Below, in pieces: positions 1-7,782 of a DNA stretch of 32,000 bases. Under the pieces are notes generated by a model, which was not told where the DNA came from, searched no databases, and saw only the letters and a program-made list of their open reading frames with translations. Each line of letters begins with the position of its first letter. Within the stretch, counting starts at the first letter, position 1. This DNA is from Ignavibacteriales bacterium. GTDB lineage: Bacteria; Bacteroidota; Ignavibacteria; Ignavibacteriales; Melioribacteraceae. The stretch is from positions 1 to 32,000 of the forward strand of contig DAIEQA010000212.1 in assembly GCA_027348115.1 (NCBI GenBank), given 5' to 3'. The position numbers and the translations under genes are program-made.

Positions 1-71
1 TGTATTTTTTTCAAAATGTTGATAATTGCCTCTCTTACTTAGCTTGCTAAGACAATGAACCGTAATATTTA

Positions 72-2021
72 CTACTCCCACCGGTTTATAATATTAAGGT
101 TTTGATGATTACAAATATCCTTTCCTTCGGGGGTAAATAAAAAATCAATCCGGTTTTTATAAAACTCCGTTATTTTACCGCGAACCATCTTTAAAGTGCT
201 GTTCAAAAATTTATTTTCTTCCGTAAACCCCTCTCCCAAAAGAGCCACTGCCGATGGAATCCATCTTTCTGGGAATTGTCCCCCATAAATTCCGTCCGGT
301 TTAAATTTTATAATTTCATTTTCCAACATTTTGAGAACCGCTTTCTGTCCGTCCGCGTTATGCGAAGAAAAGTTATTGTCTTTGAGCCATCGCAGCAACG
401 CCTCTTTGTTAGGTACAATCAGCGCTACGGTGAACGGCGACTGATTATTGTAAAGCATAACCTGATCGATATACGGCGAATGTTCGGTCAATGCTTCTTC
501 AATTCCTTCCGGATTATATTTTTCTCCGTCACTGCCTATCAACAAACTTTTAAATCTCCCGAGAACGTAAAGAAATCCGTCTTCATCCATATAGCCCATA
601 TCGCCGGTATAAAGCCATCCGTCTTTAATTGTTTCTTTTGTGGCTGCTTCATTTTGCCAGTAACCTGCCATTACATTTTCGCCTTTGACTACTATTTCTC
701 CCTTTTCGCCAGTTGGAAGCTGCCGGCCGGCCGTATTACAAATTTTTATTTGAAGATCAGCGACAATAATTCCGGATGAACCGAGTTTATGTTTACGCGG
801 AACGTTGGCGGAAATTACCGGCGCGGCTTCCGTTAATCCGTACCCTTGAAACATCGGTATGCCGACGGCATAAAAGAATCTTTGAAGTTCGATATCGAGC
901 AGCGCCCCACCGCCTATAAAGAATTCCAATTTGCCACCAAAGTTCTCTCTTATCTTACCGAAGATTAATTTATCATAAATCATATAAAGCGGTTTTAGAA
1001 ACATTCTTCTTCCCTTTCCCTTATTCCATCCCTCCGCATTATAATTATAAGCTACGTTAAGAGCCGAGTAAAAAAGTTTTTCAACTTTCGGTCCTTTCTC
1101 GCGAATTCCCTTCTCGATATTTTTTCTTAAATTCTTTGCGAGCACAGGCACGCTAAGCAGGAAAGTCGGTTTTATTTCTTTAATGTTATTCGGAACATTT
1201 TTTAATGTCTCAAGCGGAGTTTTGCCTTGTTGAACCGATGCAAGACTTGCCCCGTTTTTCATTAGCGTGTAAATACCGGCAGTATGAGCAAAGGCATGGT
1301 CCCACGGAAGAATCAATAGAGAAGTATAACGCTCCGGTATGGGCAGCAATTTTGACGATTGCTCAACATTAGCAGTATAATTTCTATGCGTCAGGATTAT
1401 TCCTTTAGGATCGGCGGTTGTGCCGGAAGTGTAACAGATATTTGCGTAATCATTCTCTGAAAGTGACTGCCATCTTGAATTGAATTCCGAAGCGTGACGA
1501 GATAGAAATTCTTTTCCCATGTTCATTAAGTCATCTATAAAAATTTCATCATTGCTAATAATATCCATCGCGTCAAGAAGGATAGTCTTTTCCAAATCCG
1601 GCAAATCGTTTTTAATTTTTCTTATCTTAATTGCTTGTGCCCTTGAAGCTACAACAACTCTGCACCCGGAATGTGCGAGTCTGAATTTAAGATCGTTAAG
1701 CTCTTCTATTTTAGTGGAGACGGGAACATTGATTGCGCCGGCGTATAAAATTCCAAGCTCGCTGATAACCCAAAGATTTCTTCCCTCGCAAATTAATCCT
1801 ATTCTATCGCCCTTTTGAATTCCGTTTGTTAATAACCCAGCGGCAAACTGATAAACCTGCTTTTGAACCTCAACATATGTAGAACCGGTATATCCGGCAT
1901 TGATTTTCTCCCAGAGCAAAATATTATTGGGAAATTTTTTTACGCTTTCTTCAAAAAGCGAGGGTAAAGTCCTTTCTTCCAAAACAATTTCTCCTTCTGT
2001 TTCCCATAAAATTGAAAACAA
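72..2021 (-). CDS. long-chain fatty-acid--CoA ligase (AMP-dependent synthetase/ligase family)
   Basis: 649-aa ORF with the AMP-binding signature YTSGTTADPKGIILTH, plus GYGLTE and YTGDMGYMDEDGFLYVLGRFK. The size fits long-chain acyl-CoA synthetases. Confidence 0.9.
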   Translation of the reverse strand: MFSILWETEGEIVLEERTLPSLFEESVKKFPNNILLWEKINAGYTGSTYVEVQKQVYQFAAGLLTNGIQKGDRIGLICEGRNLWVISELGILYAGAINVPVSTKIEELNDLKFRLAHSGCRVVVASRAQAIKIRKIKNDLPDLEKTILLDAMDIISNDEIFIDDLMNMGKEFLSRHASEFNSRWQSLSENDYANICYTSGTTADPKGIILTHRNYTANVEQSSKLLPIPERYTSLLILPWDHAFAHTAGIYTLMKNGASLASVQQGKTPLETLKNVPNNIKEIKPTFLLSVPVLAKNLRKNIEKGIREKGPKVEKLFYSALNVAYNYNAEGWNKGKGRRMFLKPLYMIYDKLIFGKIRENFGGKLEFFIGGGALLDIELQRFFYAVGIPMFQGYGLTEAAPVISANVPRKHKLGSSGIIVADLQIKICNTAGRQLPTGEKGEIVVKGENVMAGYWQNEAATKETIKDGWLYTGDMGYMDEDGFLYVLGRFKSLLIGSDGEKYNPEGIEEALTEHSPYIDQVMLYNNQSPFTVALIVPNKEALLRWLKDNNFSSHNADGQKAVLKMLENEIIKFKPDGIYGGQFPERWIPSAVALLGEGFTEENKFLNSTLKMVRGKITEFYKNRIDFLFTPEGKDICNHQNLNIINRWE

Positions 2022-2056
2022 GATAATTTATTGGCTCTTATTGGGCAATACGACTT

Positions 2057-2081
2057 AAAAAAATCCCCCGGTTAGGGGGGA
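2057..2081 (-). terminator. intrinsic terminator downstream of the OM beta-barrel gene
   Basis: Minus strand reads TCCCCCC-taacc-GGGGGA followed by TTTTTTT. It lies about 90 nt past the stop of the 2168..2806 gene. Confidence 0.7.
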
Positions 2082-2167
2082 CAATAAATTAACTTGAAAT
2101 ACAGCCGGAAGAATACGGGCGCTTACATAGCAGTATTGTTTTGTAGTTGATTCATAAATAATCTTTC

Positions 2168-2806
2168 TTAATAATAGAATCTGAATCCGATGCGCATCAT
2201 TAATCCGCTCATATCAAATTTACGTTCGAATACTTTATTGCGGCCTGTCTGGGAATCCCGAACATCGTACTGCCAGCTTGGCTGAGAATAATGGTAATCG
2301 ATCTCGGCAAATACATCGGATCTTCTGCCGAGTTCGTAGGCAACACCGCCGCCAATGCGCCAGGCAAAATCGAAAGCGGCTTTAAATTCATTATTATCCG
2401 GGTTATCGTAATTTCTATAAAATATAAGAAGGGCCTCTACGCCCGCTGCGCCAGTAAAAAATGCTCTCATGCGCGGACCTACATCCCAGCTGCCGGTAAC
2501 ATTACCCATTAATGGAACCGCGTGCAGATTTGTTTTGGCCCTAAGTTCATTTAGCGTACTGTTCGGTCCAAAGAAGTCACTGAACTGGGAAACCAATTGT
2601 TGATCTACATAATTTTTATTGAACCAATCCGCGCTCCAGCCAACCATAAAATTATCGTCGATATTCCACCCGCCTTCATAACCGATGATGAACCCGGCAT
2701 CCGTTGCGCCCGGTGTAAATACGCCGAACTTTACGCTTCCATAATGGGGCTGTGCCGAAATCATCAAGGGCATACAAAGTATCGCCAAAGCTATTATTCG
2801 TTTCAT
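2168..2806 (-). CDS. outer-membrane beta-barrel protein (porin-family/OMP_b-brl-like)
   Basis: 212 aa. Signal peptide MKRIIALAILCMPLMISAQP, alternating aromatic/Gly-rich beta-strand pattern, and a C-terminal aromatic beta-signal (RIGFRFYY). Confidence 0.7.
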   Translation of the reverse strand: MKRIIALAILCMPLMISAQPHYGSVKFGVFTPGATDAGFIIGYEGGWNIDDNFMVGWSADWFNKNYVDQQLVSQFSDFFGPNSTLNELRAKTNLHAVPLMGNVTGSWDVGPRMRAFFTGAAGVEALLIFYRNYDNPDNNEFKAAFDFAWRIGGGVAYELGRRSDVFAEIDYHYSQPSWQYDVRDSQTGRNKVFERKFDMSGLMMRIGFRFYY

Positions 2807-2972
2807 TGTTATATCCCGTTTAATTTGACAGTAGGTTTAGGCAATTCAAATGCCAGTTTTATGTATTGTATTGCCGCTTATTTGGATGCATCAAACAGGT
2901 ATTTGTTCTACAAAGTAAACAATAGGACATGAATAATGTACACCGGCTTGAAAAATTTTCATGGCTTGTTAT

Positions 2973-3541
2973 CCCCGTCGTGAACGACGTGGCAGACAAC
3001 CCATCTATCCATCCGTATCGTTTACAATACGGTTAGAAGAGAACCAATCTAAGAGTTAAGTGGCTTTTGCACTACTCTTTTTTCGGCTAAAGCCGGTGAT
3101 ACTAATTATTTTATTCGTTAACTTTTGGTCGCGCAACAGTCATGGTATTCTTCAAATATCTACTTAACCGTATCATTTAAGATACGGTTACAGCGTCATT
3201 CATTAAGCATTCATGGGCTTTAGCCCAATTCTCTCTTTCGGCTAAAGCTGTTGAGTTTCTTCTATGCCTCACTAACTCAACCGTGAACGACGGAGTGGAT
3301 ATCATTATATGTTTATCAATCACGTAACGGTATCGGCGTTCTTCATGTCTGCCAAACCGCGTCATTTATGATACGGTTACAGCGTCATTCATTAAGCATT
3401 CATGGGCTTTTTAGCCCAACTCTCTTCGGTTAAAGCCGAGTGTCACCTCTGTATGCTGCCAACTCACATAAGCTACAACCATATCGTTTGCGATATGGTA
3501 CACCGGTAACCAGCACCAAGTCTATCCGGGCTTTAGCCCAA
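2973..3541. repeat. REP/BIME-like composite hairpin-repeat block A (core block about 3076-3541, plus leader hairpins at 2973-2992 and 3013-3032)
   Basis: Three hairpin families are arranged in a fixed order. H1 is GGGCTTTAGCCC or its complement CGGCTAAAGCCG. H2 is CCGTATC-ATTTA-GATACGG. H3 is NNCCG-TGAA-CGGNN. An internal ~85-bp unit occurs twice (3166-3250 and 3355-3437). The block aligns almost base for base with 3971-4491. Confidence 0.9.
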
Positions 3542-3990
3542 CTTACTTCCCGTATCGTGAATGAAAACTTCAAACTCTTCCGAGAAACCTTTTATTCTAT
3601 GATGCTCTGCCTGATTATCAATATATCTTCTAACTTTTTCCACGTGAGCATCGCTTACCGATGCAGCGTAGTATTCATTCGCCCATTCGAATTTTGTTGT
3701 AGTAATATGATTCTGATTAATCCAATGAGAAGCTTCGCCCTTGATTAGATTTACTACCTTAGAAAGATTTTGATCCGTGCCTAACGAAACAAGGCAGTGC
3801 AGATGATCGTGGTATCCATTGATGGAATCGATGAATATATTTTTTATCCGGCTGTTTTCTTTTATGTGATTAATAACTTTTGCGAGGATTTCATTTGTGA
3901 GGAAAGGGGCTCTGTTTTTTGTTCCGAATACAATGTGAACCCAGATTTTAACGAAGGACATAAAGACCTCCTCTGTTTCGGCTAAAGCCG
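3528..3990 (-). mobile_element. minimal IS200-like unit: tnpA bracketed by inverted H1 REP hairpins
   Basis: GGGCTTTAGCCCAA (3528-3541) lies at the gene's 3' end and CTCTGTTTCGGCTAAAGCCG (3971-3990) at its 5' end. The same two arms, in the same relative orientation, form the gene-less doublets at 3215-3250, 3404-3438, 4142-4177 and 4328-4363. Confidence 0.6.
3533..3961 (-). CDS. IS200/IS605-family Y1 (HUH) transposase TnpA-like / REP-associated tyrosine transposase (RAYT)
   Basis: 142 aa. N-terminus KIWVHIVFGTKNR, HUH motif in GYHDHLHCLV, catalytic-Tyr helix VRRYIDNQAEHH. The last codons (KLG-stop) are encoded by the H1 hairpin GGGCTTTAGCCCAA. Confidence 0.85.
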   Translation of the reverse strand: MSFVKIWVHIVFGTKNRAPFLTNEILAKVINHIKENSRIKNIFIDSINGYHDHLHCLVSLGTDQNLSKVVNLIKGEASHWINQNHITTTKFEWANEYYAASVSDAHVEKVRRYIDNQAEHHRIKGFSEEFEVFIHDTGSKLG

Positions 3991-4491
3991 GTGATACTAA
4001 TTATTTTATTCGTTAACTCCGTCGTGAACGACGGAGTTAATACCACTATACGTTTTGGTCGCGCAACAGTCATGGTATTCTTCAAATATCTACTGAACCG
4101 CCTCGTTTATGATACGGTTACCGCGTCTATCAAAAGTCTTTGGGCTTTAGCCCAATTCTCTCTTTCGGCTAAAGCTGTTGAGTCTCTTCTATGCCTCACT
4201 AACTCAACCGTGAACGAAGGAGTTGATATCACTATATGTTTATCAATCACGTAACGGCATCGGCGTTCTTCATATCTGCCAAACCGTATCATTTATGATA
4301 CGGTTACAGCGTCTATCAAAAGTCTTTGGGCTTTAGCCCAATTCTCTCTTTCGGCTAAAGCTGAGTGTCACCTCTGTATGCTGCCAACACTACCGTGAAC
4401 GGTAGTGTTGCCATCACATAAGCTACAACCATATCGTTTACGAGATGGTACACCGGCAACCATCACCGAGTCTATCCGGGCTTTAGCCCAA
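3971..4491. repeat. REP/BIME-like composite hairpin-repeat block B (direct repeat of block A)
   Basis: Collinear with 3076-3541. It has scattered substitutions, two extra hairpin modules (4018-4052 and 4389-4413) and one replaced linker segment. It ends in GGGCTTTAGCCCAA 6 nt before the methyltransferase stop codon. Confidence 0.9.
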
Positions 4492-4497
4492 TAGATC

Positions 4498-5937
4498 TTA
4501 TAACTCCAATTCTTCCTGGTGCGATCTCTTCCCCTTTTTAGCCGCGGCTTTAAAAGTAATATTCACCGATGGCAGTTTCGGTCTCTTATTCAAAAAATAT
4601 TCTTTCAATGTAAGAATCTGCAGCCGCGGATATTTGTATCCCGGAACATCTACAAACCCCGAAGCGGCAACTGTTTCCATCATCGGCTTTGTGGGATTCT
4701 CTATTGTTAAAAAAACTCCAAGCTGACATTTATGTTTATCCATTGCGCCTATAAGCGCATCAATATCTTTGGATTGAATATGCGTTCCTCCTTTTACCTG
4801 GAAAGCCGCTTTTATAGTTTCGTTTGAATTCGGATCGATAAGATACTGCCCTATTCCGTCAACGCCTTTATCCGCCCCCTTTGTGCCGAACGTTGTTGAG
4901 AATACCTCAAACTCCGTAAGCCACCAGTCCTGAAACGCGTTTGGATTTTGCTTCCACAATTCTTCCGCGCTCACTTCGTCAACAGGCACACCCCTTACTT
5001 CAAACGGATTTAATGATTTGCCGTACGTATCCTTTAGTCTTCTCTTAATCAGCGATATTGCTATTGGAGAAATATCAATTCCAATCCAGTTGCGGTGAAG
5101 CGATTCCGCCGCGTCTACAGTTGTTCCGCATCCGCAAAATCCGTCGAGCACAGTATCTCCTTCATTGCTGCTTGCCTTAATTATTCTTTCAAGCAATGTT
5201 TTTGGTTTTTGTGTTGGGTAACCTAGCCGTTCTTTTGCTTGTGAATTAATCACAGGAATATCCCATACATCATCTAAAGGTCTTCCGAGTGATTCATCCT
5301 CTGTCATTTTTGTTACTAATCTAACATCACCGTCGAACTCCACCAAACTTTTTTTACCTTTCCACCTTTTCAACGTCCCAGCGGATAGTTCTCCAAAAAT
5401 TGTATTAAAAGTATTCTCGCGATATTCTTTCGAATAGAATAATATTATATCGTGCATTCTTTGAAAATTCTTCTGAATGGCAGGCCATCTTTTATAATGC
5501 CAAGCAATTTCATTTCTAAATCCTTTTGCATCAAATATTATATCAAGCACAGTTTTTAAGTAATGACTCATCGTCGGGTCGCAGTGAAGATAAAAGCTGC
5601 CGGTAGGTTTAAGAACACGATGCAATTCAATTAAACGTAAGCTCATCATTACGAGATACGGAAAAGCGTGCGGCGCAACCTTTTGGTAAGTAAGCAAAAG
5701 ATAGAACAAATGTTCCGTCTTCATCGTATTCAGTTCGTTAAGTGAATCCTGGATATTCTTTAAAGTCCATGTGTCTTCAAATGCAATTCGCTGCGTTTGA
5801 ATTTCCTTATCGTCGAAGAAAATATTGTAATCGCGTTTACTGTTAAACGGCGGGTCGATATAGACGAGATCAACAGATTCGTCTTTAATGTTCTCCCGCA
5901 AAACATTAAGACAATCTCCCAGGTATAAGTAGTTCAT
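4498..5937 (-). CDS. DNA methyltransferase (beta-class N6-adenine/N4-cytosine) fused to a C-terminal Mrr-like restriction-endonuclease domain
   Basis: 479 aa. Motif IV (VDLVYIDPPFNS) is near the N-terminus and the AdoMet motif I (VLDGFCGCGTTVDAAE) at about residue 265, which is the beta-class order. The C-terminal ~150 aa carry a PD-(D/E)xK-like pattern (GADKGVDGIG ... AAFQVKGG ... GVFLT), as in Mrr_cat. Confidence 0.85.
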   Translation of the reverse strand: MNYLYLGDCLNVLRENIKDESVDLVYIDPPFNSKRDYNIFFDDKEIQTQRIAFEDTWTLKNIQDSLNELNTMKTEHLFYLLLTYQKVAPHAFPYLVMMSLRLIELHRVLKPTGSFYLHCDPTMSHYLKTVLDIIFDAKGFRNEIAWHYKRWPAIQKNFQRMHDIILFYSKEYRENTFNTIFGELSAGTLKRWKGKKSLVEFDGDVRLVTKMTEDESLGRPLDDVWDIPVINSQAKERLGYPTQKPKTLLERIIKASSNEGDTVLDGFCGCGTTVDAAESLHRNWIGIDISPIAISLIKRRLKDTYGKSLNPFEVRGVPVDEVSAEELWKQNPNAFQDWWLTEFEVFSTTFGTKGADKGVDGIGQYLIDPNSNETIKAAFQVKGGTHIQSKDIDALIGAMDKHKCQLGVFLTIENPTKPMMETVAASGFVDVPGYKYPRLQILTLKEYFLNKRPKLPSVNITFKAAAKKGKRSHQEELEL

Positions 5938-6424
5938 GTTAGTATGGATTTGTTAATGGTAATTTGCAACTTAACATATTTTAAAATAAAATGAATAAAA
6001 ACGTTTGCCGCTTTCATTGCGGCGTAAAAAAAATGCGCGGGCGCGGGCAGCCCGCATAACCGTAAAATTATTTTTAGCGGCATTTCATTTATCCTTTTTA
6101 GAGAATGCAAATATTAAAACACGAACCCGCCGCATCATACCGAATTTTTCTATTGCATCTTACTTAAACTTTTATATTTTTATTAACAAATATATTTAAG
6201 TTTAAGCGGTTCGACTTCCAAACTGAATATTCGTTTTTTTCTTTAATATAAATTTCCTTTCCTGTTCTTTTTCTGTTCAGTTAGTAATAAGCGTTCTTTT
6301 AATTTTGGGAATGCCGCAACGGGCATCCATCTAATTACCCGCGGCCTTTATAACGGCTCGTTCCATAGCCATCTTACTCCGGCTGCGGGTAATTTTAAAT
6401 TACAGGCGGAAAGGATTAAATAAG

Positions 6425-6637
6425 TACCGGACTGTTGTAACTAAACGCCGGACTGTATTAAATACACGGCAGAAGGAATCATAGAGACAACGGAACGTAT
6501 CGTAGGAACTACGGAAAGTGTCATAGGGTCGGCGGAAAGTACTATAGGAACAACGGAGAGTATCATAGTAACCCCGGAATGTATTATAGAAACAGCGGAA
6601 CGTATTAAAGGAGGGGCGACGAACATTAAAGATGGCG
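6425..6637. repeat. tandem array of about ten degenerate 21-bp repeats (consensus CGGAAnGTATcATAGgAAC)
   Basis: The CGGA core recurs at 6428, 6449, 6491, 6512, 6533, 6554, 6575 and 6596, exactly 21 bp apart. Degenerate units sit at 6470 and 6617. The array is intergenic, between divergent genes. Confidence 0.85.
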
Positions 6638-6978
6638 TAAACTATGCCATAAATGAGGTTTTGGTAAATATTGAGTTACAGCGTCAAAGAGTATGTTCGG
6701 TAATTGAGTATGGTTGAGGCAAGCAATTATTTTAGTATCAAGCAAAAAATACGGTTTTCTTATCCATCAATTGCCGCAAACACTCTGAATTAAAAGCAGT
6801 AATTCTCTCTTATTTTGCAGGATGTAGAGTTAAACACGGTTTGTGATCCATTTTCTTTTTCTCTTTGAGGTCGGTTACTTTTTATTATTTGAGAGATGTA
6901 ATTCATAAGGATAAATAATATTTCCTTTTCTCTTCACTAATAATAAACTAATTAGCCCATAAATAAGGGATAACGTAA

Positions 6979-7683
6979 ATGGGAAAAGCGGAAGAAAAAA
7001 CACGTATTTTTTCAGGTTCCGATGCCGATATGGTACAGGCATCGCGGGTTGCACACGGTTTGTTTACTGAAGACAAACCGGCCTTCATAAGTTTCGATTC
7101 TTCGTTTGCAGATCCCTTCGGTGAAAATTGGCTTCAAAAAATTGAGAACGCCGCAGCGGTAAGCCAGGATTCGCAGTACGTAGGCGGTCAATCCGAATTA
7201 ACTGAGAATGTTGAAACAATCATGGAAAATTGCAGAACATTTTTTCAATCCATGAAATATTTTATTGAGAAAGCTTTCCCGGGTCAAACAGCAATTCATG
7301 TTCAATTCGGTTATAACGATTACGATGCCAGCCGCAAGTCCGAGACAAGGATGATTAAATTCCTCGATATGCTTCATAAAGCGGCAGTTGGCCACAGCGC
7401 AAAGTTAATTGAGGCAGGATTTCCCCAGGAAAAAATTGATAATATAGCCGCGCTTAGCAAACAATTATCCGATGCGGATTATGCCCAGGAAATGGCGAAG
7501 AAAAAAAGACCCTCCGTTACCCAGGAAAGAATAACAATTTTAAATGATTGTTATGAAGTAATGCAGCATGTATGCAAAGCCGGAAAAATTATATTTGCCG
7601 ACGACCGCGCTAAGTACGATCAATATTTATTACCGAACGAAAGAACACAGGAAAAAGAAGAACCTGCGGCTCCAGTAAATTAA
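6979..7683 (+). CDS. hypothetical protein (predicted mostly alpha-helical, no motif recognised)
   Basis: 234-aa ORF with ATG start after AAGGGA. Its composition is protein-like and no competing ORF exists. A REP hairpin follows 8 nt after the stop. Confidence 0.6.
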   Translation: MGKAEEKTRIFSGSDADMVQASRVAHGLFTEDKPAFISFDSSFADPFGENWLQKIENAAAVSQDSQYVGGQSELTENVETIMENCRTFFQSMKYFIEKAFPGQTAIHVQFGYNDYDASRKSETRMIKFLDMLHKAAVGHSAKLIEAGFPQEKIDNIAALSKQLSDADYAQEMAKKKRPSVTQERITILNDCYEVMQHVCKAGKIIFADDRAKYDQYLLPNERTQEKEEPAAPVN

Positions 7684-7690
7684 TTTAAGC

Positions 7691-7718
7691 GTAGAGACGT
7701 TCGATCGAACGTCTCTAC
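7691..7718. repeat. REP hairpin, family 2 (GTAGAGACGTTCGATCGAACGTCTCTAC)
   Basis: Perfect 28-nt palindrome immediately upstream of the second RAYT. The same GTAGAGACG/CGTCTCTAC arms recur at 8278-8347 and 8597-8622, and the GAGACG core at 9820-9845. Confidence 0.85.
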
Positions 7719-7782
7719 AACATTAGATGACAAAATATAAAAACACATATCGAATTGAATCGGCTCGTTTAGAAACATGGGA

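Noticed and set aside
3177-3365. 62-aa minus-strand ORF (MTRFGRHEERRYRYVIDKH...) and its 61-aa paralog at 4107..4292. They appear conserved and so could be small proteins.
   Set aside because: Both lie entirely within the repeated DNA blocks, so the similarity comes from the repeat. In the alignable part, 5 of 7 differing codons are nonsynonymous, which is about the neutral expectation. The C-termini diverge completely where the linker segment differs. No ribosome-binding site is present.
3084-4491. Regularly recurring short palindromes (GGGCTTTAGCCC / CGGCTAAAGCCG) that could be mistaken for a CRISPR array.
   Set aside because: The repeats are only about 12 nt and occur in both orientations. 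Their spacing is irregular (about 12, 150 and 190 nt). The spacer sequences are themselves duplicated between the blocks. No cas genes are present. The pattern fits REP/BIME-type elements.
6005-6199. 64-aa plus-strand ORF (MPLSLRRKKNARARAARITVKL...).
   Set aside because: It begins in a GC-rich hairpin region, is low-complexity and basic, then runs into AT-rich sequence. It has no ribosome-binding site. It is treated as noncoding.
6441-6626. 61-aa minus-strand ORF with a 7-residue periodicity (PLIRSAV SIIHSGV TMILSVV ...).
   Set aside because: The periodicity follows directly from the 21-bp DNA repeat, whose unit has no stop codon in that frame. There is no Shine-Dalgarno site although most genes here have one. 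The composition is almost purely hydrophobic. It is kept only as an alternative under the repeat finding.
6675-6685. The 11-nt match GTTACAGCGTC to the REP blocks (for example at 3187, 3376 and 4304), as possible evidence of a further REP copy.
   Set aside because: It is too short and lacks the accompanying hairpins. It may be a relic, but it cannot be supported as a feature. It is mentioned only in the gap finding.
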